Positions 28,065 to 38,644 are shown, counted from the first letter of the stretch. The stretch is 64,000 nt of DNA from an uncultured virus (IMG/VR IMGVR_UViG_3300011223_000001) (IMGVR_UViG_3300011223_000001:1-64000), one strand, 5' to 3'. The notes: a model not told the origin generated them from the letters alone. A program made the numbers and translations.

Positions 28065-28161
28065 GACTCTGTCCGATGGTAGTTGAAATTCACAAGATTG
28101 GGTTAAAACAAACTACAGACCTAGATTATAACAATGAGTAACCTAATCCAGGAGTACTTAG

Positions 28162-28422
28162 GTGGACCTGTTTGATATCGAGCGCGAGGTCGCTCACCAC
28201 GAAGGTATACGTATTGCCTTCACCCGCAAAAAGAAAGCCTTAGTCCTCAAACGCGGCTATGTAGAGACCCACCCTATTCGAATGCCAGATGACTGCACAA
28301 TCGACGAACTCGTCGAGCGTGTGGTCGAGGTGGTCGGCCATGATTGCCCGTTCTTGGTTATCCTAGATGCGGGTATGAATGTCTCGATATATAACACCCA
28401 ACCCATGGAATCCCTCAATTAA
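28162..28422 (+). CDS. Hypothetical protein
   Basis: GTG start with AGGAG RBS; promoter variant at 28122. Confidence 0.6.
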   Translation: MDLFDIEREVAHHEGIRIAFTRKKKALVLKRGYVETHPIRMPDDCTIDELVERVVEVVGHDCPFLVILDAGMNVSIYNTQPMESLN

Positions 28423-28431
28423 GGAAAACCG

Positions 28432-29235
28432 ATGTCGACTAAGAAAAAGATTTTGATCCCATGGTCAGGTGGTGCGGACTCCACGGCGCTGATTTCTATG
28501 GCGATTGATTTTGGCCATACGGCAGTCTGCGCAAGCTTTACCTGTGGCCAACCCCATACGCAGATCAAAGCCGAAGAGAAAGCGCGTCAGCGTCTCTTTC
28601 CGCTTTTGGAAGAACTCAAGCGTGACGGTGCTATGTTGTACTACGCCTACTCTTACCTGGAAGTGGACACCTGTCGAACCAAAAGCCCAGCCAAACAACT
28701 ACCGGCTTGGTTCTTCCATCTGGCTTGCATGATGGAAGTGGATGACGACAAACACATCTACGACGAGATCCACCTGGGCTACGTGTTAAACGACGATGCG
28801 GCCTACACCGTCACTCACTTATCGATGGCTTGGAACCATTTATGCCGTGCTATGTACGGCATTGATATCGATCCACCGAAACTGAAGTTCCCATTGTTGC
28901 AGTACCGTAAAGGGACTGTTCTTCAATACCTTCAGAAAAAGGGATTACTGGAACACGTTCATTTCTGCGAGCTCCCACAGCTGTATGACGATGGATGGCG
29001 GCATTGTGATCAGTGTCCTTCCTGTGATCGTCATAACGGTGCCATCGCCAACTTGCAAATGCATAACAAAGCCCGCTACCTCGGCGATCTACTCGTTGAC
29101 TACGATCACACCAGCGAGGCCATCGCCCGTAAAGAAGCAGACCGTCTTTCTAGTCTAGGAAAATCCAATGAAGCAACTGAACAAACGCCTCAACATGATG
29201 ACGACGTTAGCGAGCTTGTTGACGTTACGGGGTGA
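28432..29235 (+). CDS. QueC-like PP-loop ATPase
   Basis: WSGGADST PP-loop, FPLLQYRK, FC...CDQCPSC Zn site. Confidence 0.75.
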   Translation: MSTKKKILIPWSGGADSTALISMAIDFGHTAVCASFTCGQPHTQIKAEEKARQRLFPLLEELKRDGAMLYYAYSYLEVDTCRTKSPAKQLPAWFFHLACMMEVDDDKHIYDEIHLGYVLNDDAAYTVTHLSMAWNHLCRAMYGIDIDPPKLKFPLLQYRKGTVLQYLQKKGLLEHVHFCELPQLYDDGWRHCDQCPSCDRHNGAIANLQMHNKARYLGDLLVDYDHTSEAIARKEADRLSSLGKSNEATEQTPQHDDDVSELVDVTG

Positions 29236-30532
29236 AGACCTAGCTAAGGGAACGTGGGGCTGGCCGAGGCAGGACTTCGACAACCCGTTAGAGAAGAATC
29301 CGAATCCAAGGCTGGAACTCAACCGACAGCGGTCGAAGATGTGGCCGCAATTTTCGGTCCACGGGAACAACACGGACATCAACCTCAAGATCCATTGTGG
29401 GCAACTGATCGTGGGGGAAGTCAAGCTGTTCGATCCGCGTAGCGATTGCGAGCCCGACAACTTCAACATCCTGCCTAGTGGTGAAGACGCAGACCTGATC
29501 CATGATGACCCAACGTGGCCGCAAGCAATTCAACAGATCCCCCATAAGGACCTGAAGAACCCGATAGACTTCTGGGCAACGCTTGACATCATCTACATGA
29601 TGGCCATGCAGGGTTTCAAGATTCGTGCTTGGGGCTACAACGGTCGCTGCGTGTTTGTCAACGGTACATTGCTACCGGACTCGAGTGATCGGTACGGTCG
29701 CTTCCGTTTCCACATGGATGTCACCACACGTCAATGGCATAACAGTGATCTGATCGCACCTACATTCGACATCGAAGGTATTGACACCTCAGCGCCTACC
29801 CCGAAGCTTGAGGATGGTAATCCCATGGAGCGGGGTATTGGTCGTTTTGTCCGTCGTCCACCTACTTGGGCAGGTGCCTGTGAGGAAACACCACTGCCCT
29901 GTGGCACGGATGAGGTTACATTCCTCGCGTTCGGTTCGAACCACCCTAATCCAGGTACACCGTCACATATTCCTGTTGTTAAGGACGGTATTCCATTCGA
30001 AGGTGATGCAATCAAATCCCCACGTAAGCGGTTATACGCAGATGACGATCGACCGGGCATATCCATGGAGTTACTCCGTGGAGAGTCCATCATCGATCAC
30101 GGGACTGACTATCCACACCTACGTCACTTGAACCGCCAGCAGCTTGAAGCGTATCTTGCCAAAGAGACAGGTGTTTACAAGGATACGGGTATCGGTGTGA
30201 CCCGGAGTGATGGCGGAGCGGGCTGGACAGGCCCGAAAGTCGATGCCGCTTTCGATGCGTACAAGCAAATGGTGGTGAACGGCATGCGTGAGCGCATTCT
30301 GGATCACGGGGCTATCGAAGGGAAGGTCGTTACGGTCGACAAGCGGGATGCCGCCGGCAACGTTATCGGACACGAGGAGATCCCAGGCGATCACGTACTG
30401 CTGGAAGACCCGGTATACGACGTCCCCACCACGGATCTAGACCTAGAGGCCGATCCCGCTAATTGGGACGGTTTCCTGGATGACGATTCGGCCGGCTCGC
30501 CGCGCTCCGAAGACGGGGATACCAGCAAGTAG
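29168..30532 (+). CDS. Hypothetical protein with acidic C-terminus
   Basis: 454 aa ORF; start may be ~29195. Confidence 0.65.
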   Translation: MKQLNKRLNMMTTLASLLTLRGEDLAKGTWGWPRQDFDNPLEKNPNPRLELNRQRSKMWPQFSVHGNNTDINLKIHCGQLIVGEVKLFDPRSDCEPDNFNILPSGEDADLIHDDPTWPQAIQQIPHKDLKNPIDFWATLDIIYMMAMQGFKIRAWGYNGRCVFVNGTLLPDSSDRYGRFRFHMDVTTRQWHNSDLIAPTFDIEGIDTSAPTPKLEDGNPMERGIGRFVRRPPTWAGACEETPLPCGTDEVTFLAFGSNHPNPGTPSHIPVVKDGIPFEGDAIKSPRKRLYADDDRPGISMELLRGESIIDHGTDYPHLRHLNRQQLEAYLAKETGVYKDTGIGVTRSDGGAGWTGPKVDAAFDAYKQMVVNGMRERILDHGAIEGKVVTVDKRDAAGNVIGHEEIPGDHVLLEDPVYDVPTTDLDLEADPANWDGFLDDDSAGSPRSEDGDTSK

Positions 30533-30539
30533 GTCTAGC

Positions 30540-30930
30540 GACAGCTAAGAGTGAATTCTTTAATTATTCGCTTTTCCTTGTAGGTATTTCATTTACAAAC
30601 ATAACCGAGGGACTCTGTCCCTCGCTCTTATGTTGTTTTTAAATAGATTTTTAAAAAGAAAATACTGGTTAAAAGAATTTATAGGGGGAGGGAGTCGGTA
30701 GACGACCGACCCCTATAAATATCCTTATTCTTTAGTAAGGGGGTATACCCCCCTCAAATGGGGTACCCCCCCCCCCGAATGAGACGGCATAAGAGCCCCT
30801 CACCAGGAGGGGCGATAACGCAGCGGGTTATGCAAACAACCACAACCCAAGTGTTCCCAACCAAAGAAACATAACATAGGACGAAACCATGCGTACCATC
30901 GTTAACTATTGAAGATAAGTTAAGAACTAT
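30540..30930. other. AT-rich intergenic region dense in inverted repeats
   Basis: ATTTATAGGG..GTCGGT/ACCGAC-CCCTATAAAT, GGGGGTATACCCCC, GGGGTACCCC, two CATA-hairpins. Confidence 0.6.
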
Positions 30931-30999
30931 ATCACTGACATGAATCATCCTACGTTGGGGACACAACGACTAACATCCATTGCTTTCGGAGCTTTTCTC

Positions 31000-31371
31000 A
31001 TGCAGCAAAAAACCGAAATCCCCTTCGAAGACCTGACCATGGAATACCGGGGTGAAGTGACGCGGGTCATTCGCCTCTTTATCCTGCCGCATCCGGCAAC
31101 CTGGTCAGATCGTGTACGGGAGCAATTTGTTGAAGCTACCCGTGGTACGTACCAGATCAACTACGTGACCGAACACCTACGCCCACCGTACGTGGAGGTG
31201 ACGTTTGAAGGTGGTATGACGTACATCTTCCACCTGCACCAGTACAACTGCACGCTGGATGAAGCAGCGCGCCTGTTCAATGACTTTATCGAGAAGAACC
31301 TCGATATAGCCAGCGAGTTTTTTATCGACCACATCGAGTGGGACGGTATCGACTTTTCCGAAAAACAGTAA
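31000..31371 (+). CDS. Hypothetical protein
   Basis: GGAG RBS before ATG 31000; the track's 30940 start coincides with the promoter motif. Confidence 0.65.
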   Translation: MQQKTEIPFEDLTMEYRGEVTRVIRLFILPHPATWSDRVREQFVEATRGTYQINYVTEHLRPPYVEVTFEGGMTYIFHLHQYNCTLDEAARLFNDFIEKNLDIASEFFIDHIEWDGIDFSEKQ

Positions 31372-31398
31372 CACCACTTTTCTAACCTGGAGCTACAC

Positions 31399-32442
31399 AT
31401 GAACGACGCAATCCACCCAGCCAAACTGCACGCCCCTGCTCCCTACAACAAGGGCACGCCGCCGAAGCTGGCGATCTACTGCGCCGGTGCCTTTGGTATC
31501 AAGAGCGGTACACGCACCCCAGGCAGAAATGCCGACACCCGCATCACCTACATCGACACCAGCGAGGCCAACCTCACCACGGACATCGATGAGTCCAAGG
31601 TTTACCGCATCCCGATCCCAGCCCAAAACGGTCAGGTTCAGCGCGGGGGTGCCGGCCAAGACCGTCGTCGTGCGACCCAGGCGGCGCTGCCACACATGAA
31701 GCCATTGTTGGAACAATTCGTTCCAGGTGAATTCAACATTCTGATCGCCTCGTCGTCGGGTGCATCGGGTTCCTCGGTCATGGCGCTGCTTGCCCGTGAA
31801 ATGATCCGTCGCGATCAGTCCTTCATGATCATCACGGTCGGTGAGCTCAGCACCCCGAAGTACCTGATCAACACCAAGGACACCTTCGCATCGCTGGAAA
31901 ACCTGTGCATCTCGCTCAAGCGTCCGATCGTCATGTCCTACTTCGAAAACGCCCCGGGTGTGTTGCCGTCGCGGGTCGATGAAGACGTACAGTTCGTGAT
32001 CGAAGCGATCCAGGCGCTGACCACCCAGTTCAACGAAGACCTGGATGCCACCGACATCCACAACTGGCTGAACTACCAGAACGTCACCCACATCCCTCCG
32101 CAGCTCTCCACCGTCACCATCGCCGACACGGCCAAGGCGGCCAGCGCTGTGCTGGAGCCGATCACCACGTTGTCGCTGTTCACCAACCGCGATGATTACC
32201 GCGTCATCGGTACCCCGATCTACACCAAGGCCGGCTACCCAGCCGAACCCCTGGTGGCCGATCACAACCACAACGAGCTGCACTACGTGATCAACACCAT
32301 TTCGGTGGATGAGATCTCCAAGCGCATCAAAGAAGTCGAAACCACCCAGAAACAAACCCATGGCCAGTACCGCCAGCGTCAGGCACTGACTGACGTGCGC
32401 GACCTGAGCGATGACGAAGATGGCTTCTTGGTCGTCAGCTAA
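31399..32442 (+). CDS. phuZ: PhuZ tubulin-like spindle protein
   Basis: IYCAGAFG, YIDTSEAN, GAGQDRR, SGASGS, LDATDIHNW, acidic tail DEDGFLVVS. Confidence 0.85.
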   Translation: MNDAIHPAKLHAPAPYNKGTPPKLAIYCAGAFGIKSGTRTPGRNADTRITYIDTSEANLTTDIDESKVYRIPIPAQNGQVQRGGAGQDRRRATQAALPHMKPLLEQFVPGEFNILIASSSGASGSSVMALLAREMIRRDQSFMIITVGELSTPKYLINTKDTFASLENLCISLKRPIVMSYFENAPGVLPSRVDEDVQFVIEAIQALTTQFNEDLDATDIHNWLNYQNVTHIPPQLSTVTIADTAKAASAVLEPITTLSLFTNRDDYRVIGTPIYTKAGYPAEPLVADHNHNELHYVINTISVDEISKRIKEVETTQKQTHGQYRQRQALTDVRDLSDDEDGFLVVS

Positions 32443-32545
32443 GTAACCGACCACAAATAAGGGAGCCACCAGGCTCCCTTATCTTGTAGTTACACCTAAC
32501 GCTTTTCTTTTTGCGAGGTACGTATCGTGCTTATGTCCTAAGGAG

Positions 32546-33043
32546 TTGCCAATGGGCAAGTCATCAGCCAACCAAATAGACGAGGTTATCGCAAGTCACC
32601 TTGAGTTAACACTGTTTAAATATCAACTGACCATCAAACATACCCTGACCCTTAACCGGATCTTGCGAGGGTTTATCTTTGCCTACAGCAAAGACGGTAT
32701 CGTCCACTACGACACCGCGCCGCTTATCACCGAATGCAACGGTCAGCGCATCCGCCTACCTAAGTTTGCGATCCATCCAGCGATCAGTAAACGCATCACA
32801 TCCCATCACTACCATCGTTGGTATGTGTACGATGACGATACCCTCTACCCTTTACAGATGGCCAAGCCCAGCGTGTTTGAAAATACCTTCCCTTTCAAGG
32901 TAAATGACGATGTCCTTTACCGAACAAAAACCGCGTACACCGAGGAGACTATGTTCCTACGCAAAAAACCACTGCTGGCGCACCGACCACCAACCCCGGG
33001 CTGGGGTGTTACATTGCACTACCCCTTGTTGGAAACAGCATAG
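32546..33043 (+). CDS. Hypothetical protein
   Basis: 165 aa; AAGGAG RBS suggests start at 32552. Confidence 0.55.
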   Translation: MPMGKSSANQIDEVIASHLELTLFKYQLTIKHTLTLNRILRGFIFAYSKDGIVHYDTAPLITECNGQRIRLPKFAIHPAISKRITSHHYHRWYVYDDDTLYPLQMAKPSVFENTFPFKVNDDVLYRTKTAYTEETMFLRKKPLLAHRPPTPGWGVTLHYPLLETA

Positions 33044-33129
33044 ACCCCTCCCTTAACCGGGAGGGGCTTATGTCGCTTTTTACTTTTGTGCTGGATCATG
33101 CATTACCGACTGATCGACCCAACGCCCCG

Positions 33130-33936
33130 TCATATCGACCCTACGACGGTGCGCATCATCCGGCGACGGGCTTCAGGGTCGTTGAAGTTTTGAGCCACGT
33201 TCTTCCAGACCTTGAGTTTGGCACGGTATTCTGTCCACTTGTCGCTCCACTGGTTGACCCGGTCACCGAAGGCCCCCAGCTCTTGACCGCCGGACAGGTA
33301 CGCCTGACCGATGGCAATTTGATGCTGGCTGTAGATGTAGGCTTGGGTTGCCAGCAAGCACAGTTCTGCAAAGTCGAGAATCGCCTGTGGGCGGATAAAC
33401 GTCAAGGCTTCATCATTGCCCAACCGGCAACGCAAGAACGCGTTGGTAAAAGGCAAGTAGGTGTACTTGACGATGAAGGTGTTGTGGTTGATCAGGTTGA
33501 TGTAAGACGTTGCCGCAGGTGGCGTACGCAGCGCCGAATCCATCACCTTGCGCAGCTCACCGCCTAGTGCCGATTCCGGTGAGCGCAATACACCGGTTGC
33601 GACCGAGTAGTTGAGGATACCAAAATGCACCGAATAGATCTGCCGGATCGGACGGTTCTGCGTCATCTCGCTTGGCACCTGGTACATGGTGGTCAAGTGA
33701 TCGATGGCCTCCACCGTAACCGAGGGATGGTCTAACGGAATGTACGCCTCAGTGCCACCGACGATGTCCATGTCGACCAACACCCGACGTTCAATGATTT
33801 CCTCTTGAATCCGGGTGCGCATGTTGACAGGACTGGAGCACAGGTAAAAATCGGCCTTTTCGAAAAAGGCTTTGAGAATCTGTGGGCCGATCTCATCCTC
33901 GATATCATCGAGGGCCTTGACCATGGGGTTTGACAT
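33130..33936 (-). CDS. Conserved core protein, possibly virion/neck
   Basis: 268 aa; AGGAGG RBS; LSGGQELG motif. Confidence 0.55.
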   Translation of the reverse strand: MSNPMVKALDDIEDEIGPQILKAFFEKADFYLCSSPVNMRTRIQEEIIERRVLVDMDIVGGTEAYIPLDHPSVTVEAIDHLTTMYQVPSEMTQNRPIRQIYSVHFGILNYSVATGVLRSPESALGGELRKVMDSALRTPPAATSYINLINHNTFIVKYTYLPFTNAFLRCRLGNDEALTFIRPQAILDFAELCLLATQAYIYSQHQIAIGQAYLSGGQELGAFGDRVNQWSDKWTEYRAKLKVWKNVAQNFNDPEARRRMMRTVVGSI

Positions 33937-34078
33937 CAGGACCTCCTAATTTGCCGCTGGTGACGTTTTAAACAAAAGAAGTACCCCAGTACTAGATAGT
34001 ATACTAGAGGGGGCATATACGTGATTTGACGAGCTTTTAGAACTACATCATAGACGTAGTTACCCACGGAAACCGATC

Positions 34079-34414
34079 ATGAACACACCCCGTCGAGCCC
34101 AAGCGTATAAGTACGACATCTCGGAGGTGATCAACCACATTCGCAATGTACCGCCAATGCTCAATGGGTACTTGGTCGATGCAGACACACTGGTTGACAT
34201 ATTCATACTGCGCTCGCTCAACTCCTTTGAGCTCTGCACCGTCTACCCCATACCACCGGTAGTCACTGACCCTACCGTGTTGGCTTGGTTTAGCAATCTC
34301 GAACCAGCCAAGCAGTTACTGTACCGATTGGTTCGAGTCCCTCCAGAACACTCCGGCACCGAAGTATCCTTTATACGTCAGGGCGAGAGCATCTGGCTAT
34401 TCTACATCATTTAA
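34079..34414 (+). CDS. Hypothetical protein
   Basis: 111 aa. Confidence 0.6.
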   Translation: MNTPRRAQAYKYDISEVINHIRNVPPMLNGYLVDADTLVDIFILRSLNSFELCTVYPIPPVVTDPTVLAWFSNLEPAKQLLYRLVRVPPEHSGTEVSFIRQGESIWLFYII

Positions 34415-34429
34415 CGGAATACGAAAGAC

Positions 34430-35524
34430 ATGAGCGGCAAACTCTATAGCCTGACTACCCGTTGCTACACCACCTTGCTCAAACTGGTGTCGACCAACTA
34501 CGCCAACTACCACAACCAACTGGTGGGCACCCCTAAAGCCGAACGCATGCATGCCGCGCTTGCGATGACCCCATTGCAACCGATGGATGAACACCGTGCC
34601 GTGGCGTTTGTACACGCCTTGCTTAAGTCGCAGGTCAGTGCGTATCTTGCGTATGCGAAGACCGATACGCAAAACGATGTACTGGCAGGGTTGTTGTTTG
34701 GTCCTGGCATCCGTCTTACGCCATCGCACTACGCGTTCGTCAATGACTTCCTCACGGTCGATGAAATTGATGAGATGTACATTGAGCTGGACCTGCAACT
34801 TAGCCGCATTCTCAAACGCGACACTTGGGCCATTGTCGATGTGATCGACATGGGTAAGTCGCTCAGCATCGTGGTGCAGGAAGACCTGCGCATTCGTGAG
34901 TGGCGTGAAATGAAAGGTCGGTCTAAAGGCTCCATGTTGCCGACCATGGAGCTGGACCTGTCCGAGATGTTCGCTTACCTGCGCAGCCGCAGTAACCAGC
35001 TGCTGGGCGAAGTCACGTTCCAAGCCCCCGACCAAACAACCCACAGCTTCTTTGTCGGGGATGAACTGGACTTTCGATCCATCACGCTCGACATGCTGGT
35101 GGCTCGCTTCCCTTTCCTGCGCGCGGACAGTCAATTGGGTCCCTTCACGGGTAAACAGGGTAGCGGTAGTCCACGTAATGCCGAGCTGCTGATCGCAGCC
35201 GGGTTGTTGCCAGCCGGTAGCTATCTGGCTGAAGTGAACGACTCACAGATCCTGTCGGTTGAGCACTTCTTGGACCGCTTAGTAGAACCTGTGGTGGAGA
35301 GCCATGCGGTCAAACGGTACGTCAACACCCTAGACCCTCTATTGATCTACACCGTGGCGATCGGCAACGATAACGTGCTGCGCATCACCCGTCAGGAAGA
35401 AACCACCGTAAAGATCAACCCAGATGCTCAAATTAAAGAGCTGGTTGAGTCCTACCTGCGTGGTGACTGGCTTCCACCTAAGGACCGCGAGAAAGCCGAA
35501 CGCTGGGTTCAAGACAACCAATAA
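34430..35524 (+). CDS. Hypothetical protein
   Basis: 364 aa. Confidence 0.75.
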   Translation: MSGKLYSLTTRCYTTLLKLVSTNYANYHNQLVGTPKAERMHAALAMTPLQPMDEHRAVAFVHALLKSQVSAYLAYAKTDTQNDVLAGLLFGPGIRLTPSHYAFVNDFLTVDEIDEMYIELDLQLSRILKRDTWAIVDVIDMGKSLSIVVQEDLRIREWREMKGRSKGSMLPTMELDLSEMFAYLRSRSNQLLGEVTFQAPDQTTHSFFVGDELDFRSITLDMLVARFPFLRADSQLGPFTGKQGSGSPRNAELLIAAGLLPAGSYLAEVNDSQILSVEHFLDRLVEPVVESHAVKRYVNTLDPLLIYTVAIGNDNVLRITRQEETTVKINPDAQIKELVESYLRGDWLPPKDREKAERWVQDNQ

Positions 35525-35569
35525 TCGCTAGGCTCTGGGGTCACCCAGGGCTTATGCCCGAGAGCGACC

Positions 35570-35947
35570 ATGAGCAAAACAACCCTCATTACATTCGATC
35601 CTCGCATCATCTTGCCGGAAGACCCCATGTACTTCCGCGACCTGATGAGCAACGACACCTATTATAACGTCATGGGGTTCATGGCCTCGTCCATCCGTGA
35701 CTTGTATTCTGATGTAAGTATTTACCAAGGTGACGATATTAGTGACACCATTGAGGAATACCTCAGTGAGTGCAAAGACATGTACACGCAAGACTACTAC
35801 TGTCGCCACACCGACGAAATGATGCGTAAAGCCACCACCATGCACCAGCTAATGCCGCCCGGCATCTTTGAGCGGTTAGACTTTTGGGAACAACACCCAA
35901 GAGCGATCTACTTCAGTGGTATATTGCATGCCATAGACTACCGGTAA
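35570..35947 (+). CDS. Hypothetical protein
   Basis: 125 aa. Confidence 0.65.
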   Translation: MSKTTLITFDPRIILPEDPMYFRDLMSNDTYYNVMGFMASSIRDLYSDVSIYQGDDISDTIEEYLSECKDMYTQDYYCRHTDEMMRKATTMHQLMPPGIFERLDFWEQHPRAIYFSGILHAIDYR

Positions 35948-35954
35948 TTTTCCC

Positions 35955-36359
35955 ATGCGCAGAACCTTCGTGATTTGTTATGAGCCGATGCGTCTGCTCC
36001 CACCTTCGCAAAAAGACCAGTGGACACGCTACTGGAATAGCGACTACATCGGGGCCTTGGCGACGGTGGTCCTGTTGATGCGCATGCGTGAACTGGAAAT
36101 AGACAGGTTACATAAGCGGTATGAGTCGAATACGATCACCACGGAGTCTTTGAGTAAAGGACTTGCCGTCATCGAGCACCACGTCGATTTAGAGGTGGAG
36201 AAAGTCATCGGCCCAGTCTTGTTAAACGACAGCACCCACGATGAGGTGATTGCCATTGGCGACGCCATGCAAAAGCTGATGCCGGCGGGTGAATTAGAAG
36301 CGGTGGAGTTAGCATTCTTCCACCGTCGGGGTATGTGGTTTACGGGGGTCGTCAAATGA
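35955..36359 (+). CDS. Hypothetical protein
   Basis: 134 aa. Confidence 0.65.
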   Translation: MRRTFVICYEPMRLLPPSQKDQWTRYWNSDYIGALATVVLLMRMRELEIDRLHKRYESNTITTESLSKGLAVIEHHVDLEVEKVIGPVLLNDSTHDEVIAIGDAMQKLMPAGELEAVELAFFHRRGMWFTGVVK

Positions 36360-36730
36360 AGGTACTGGTGGTCATGCCGACAACAGTTAAAACGAATCTG
36401 TACGCCATCCGGCTTGACGACCTGTTCACCGCAGCCGAACTTAAAGTCGCCCAAGCCCGGTTTAAGACGATCACAGCACTCATGGAGTTTGTGGTCGATT
36501 TTTGTGATTGCACCTACATCTTCGGTGAGGATGGCCTGAAGGCGGTGGATGTGGAACTGGGTAAAGAACCCAAAGTGTTCGACACCATCGTTAACGCCAG
36601 CCGCCGGTTGCGTGGCCTCATTGGCCTTGACGACACCCTCCAAATCGACAGTTACAAGATCCAGCGAAAGACGGCTTGGATTACTGTAAGGTACGAGGTA
36701 CCGACCCATGAACGTACTGGTCACCTTTGA
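36356..36730 (+). CDS. Hypothetical protein
   Basis: ATGA overlap start MKVLVV. Confidence 0.65.
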   Translation: MKVLVVMPTTVKTNLYAIRLDDLFTAAELKVAQARFKTITALMEFVVDFCDCTYIFGEDGLKAVDVELGKEPKVFDTIVNASRRLRGLIGLDDTLQIDSYKIQRKTAWITVRYEVPTHERTGHL

Positions 36731-37226
36731 GTCCGCATCGTTAAACTACGGACTCTCCAAATTCGACGACTTAAACGCGGTGAAAGTGACGATCACACTC
36801 GTGCTCCAGTGGCTGCTTAATGCCACTCACCGTAAGCTGACACCTGAGCAGGTTTTAGATAACGTCGCTCAGGTGATCAGCGACACTTACGTTTATGCCG
36901 AGTACATGCTTGGCGATAACAACCTGATTGAGAGCAAAACCGGTGCGGTGTTTCGGCTGAATCACCCCACGGTCTACGTCGAAGAGAAAGACCCATTCAG
37001 GGAATACAGTTCAGCCCATGGCAACTTGTATTTACGCTTCGGTGAGATTGTCGAGCATCTGGTGACCAACTATACACGCTCGGTCATGGGATTTTTACAG
37101 GTACTCGAGGGCGACAAGCACGCCAATTCCATTTCATGCCTTGAGTTCACTGACCGCTACATCGCCGCGTTAATCTATTGTCAAAACCTTATCGAGTATA
37201 ACCATGAACCCGATCACCCGCAGTGA
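36708..37226 (+). CDS. Hypothetical protein
   Basis: 172 aa; GAGG RBS. Confidence 0.65.
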   Translation: MNVLVTFESASLNYGLSKFDDLNAVKVTITLVLQWLLNATHRKLTPEQVLDNVAQVISDTYVYAEYMLGDNNLIESKTGAVFRLNHPTVYVEEKDPFREYSSAHGNLYLRFGEIVEHLVTNYTRSVMGFLQVLEGDKHANSISCLEFTDRYIAALIYCQNLIEYNHEPDHPQ

Positions 37227-37707
37227 ACCTTTCCGTGCCCATGTGACGGTCCCCACCCATTTCATGGTTGACCAGTTCAGGCCGATCATCCTCTACATGG
37301 AAGCACTGATCTCAAACGCCGACTCGACCGCCTATCGTGCATTCGATGCGCAGGGCATGCTGGCCCGGCTGTTTGAAGCAGCCGATTACCACGTCTGTTT
37401 TGAACTGGCTCGACGCGGCGGCAATATTGGCATCGAGTACTACATCCAAGAGTACGCCGGTCAGTTCGCACGGTACCTGTTGCCTGAGCCTGAGTTCATG
37501 CGCATGGCGGGGATTCACTTTGCCAACGCCGTGGGTTACTTGGCGCGGATGTTGAGCCTGGCCCAAACCACCGCCGAAGAGATGGGTGCGCACGTTACCG
37601 AGGTCGAAGGAACGTCCCACGTAGGGTGGGACCTCTTCACGTATTTGGTCACGGCGGAGTTTGACAACCACGCTTACGACCACCCCCAGACAGGCATCGC
37701 TTATTAA
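37204..37707 (+). CDS. Hypothetical protein
   Basis: 167 aa. Confidence 0.65.
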   Translation: MNPITRSEPFRAHVTVPTHFMVDQFRPIILYMEALISNADSTAYRAFDAQGMLARLFEAADYHVCFELARRGGNIGIEYYIQEYAGQFARYLLPEPEFMRMAGIHFANAVGYLARMLSLAQTTAEEMGAHVTEVEGTSHVGWDLFTYLVTAEFDNHAYDHPQTGIAY

Positions 37708-37773
37708 TGGTTTGTATCTGCACTTCATACAAACAGGCCAGCGCTTGCAGTTGCCAAGGTCAGGAGCACCACC

Positions 37774-38223
37774 ATGAACATCGCTATTTGCTTTCATAGC
37801 GACAAATACAAAGAGTATGTCGACGCCCTGACAACGGCGATGTATGAGCCACCCGAAGACCACTACGACGTGGAGGCTTGCCGGGAACAGGGTGAGATCG
37901 ATGGTTTTGTATTTGTAGAAGCTGAAGAACCTGTGTTTGATCCCGTGCGGTTGCTGCAAGACATCGCCCGCAACATGACGTTACGTTTCTACGACTACTT
38001 GATCCCCAACAGCATCGATCGAGACGACCTGCTCAAGGATGAAGATCCGATATTGCGGTTGCTCACAGAGCTGCTTATCCACATCGAGAAAGCCTATCCG
38101 ACAGCCGATGTCATCGGGTTTTATCCGGTTAACCTCAAAGGCCAGATGATGGTGGTGTTGGATATTCCACCAGAGGACCGTACGGACGGCGATCTTTCGA
38201 ATATAACCGTTTACCATTTCTGA
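37774..38223 (+). CDS. Hypothetical acidic protein
   Basis: 149 aa; AGGAG RBS. Confidence 0.65.
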   Translation: MNIAICFHSDKYKEYVDALTTAMYEPPEDHYDVEACREQGEIDGFVFVEAEEPVFDPVRLLQDIARNMTLRFYDYLIPNSIDRDDLLKDEDPILRLLTELLIHIEKAYPTADVIGFYPVNLKGQMMVVLDIPPEDRTDGDLSNITVYHF

Positions 38224-38230
38224 GGTCTTT

Positions 38231-38644
38231 ATGACGTCCTTGCAAGAGATTCAAATTGGCCAGCGTTTCAGCTTTGAGGTTTACCCCTCGGCAATCCTGG
38301 GCAACAGTTACAAAGACGTGATCCTGGAGGGGTTCATCTCCCCCAGCATGGCCCAAGCGTTTGGCCAGGACATCGCGGCGCTTCACGCCAACGTCTACCG
38401 AACCCTGCCGGCCTCGACCCCCAACGATCCCCTCAAGTACAACTGGATGCGGGTCAAACATCCCAATGGCTCGTTCAGCACCCTCGGCGTTCCGTACGTG
38501 CGTCCTGAGAGTGTTGTAGTGGCCACCACCGGGGTCTTGGATTTGCGCATCCTGGACGTCTCCCCGGCGGATCAGACGCGCATCTTGCAGATGCTTTCGG
38601 CCAATGGGTTCACTCCCAGTATCAACTTACTCACCCAACAATAA
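38231..38644 (+). CDS. Conserved protein upstream of DNA polymerase (phiKZ gp49-like)
   Basis: 137 aa; FEVYPSAILG, HANVY..LP; synteny. Confidence 0.6.
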   Translation: MTSLQEIQIGQRFSFEVYPSAILGNSYKDVILEGFISPSMAQAFGQDIAALHANVYRTLPASTPNDPLKYNWMRVKHPNGSFSTLGVPYVRPESVVVATTGVLDLRILDVSPADQTRILQMLSANGFTPSINLLTQQ

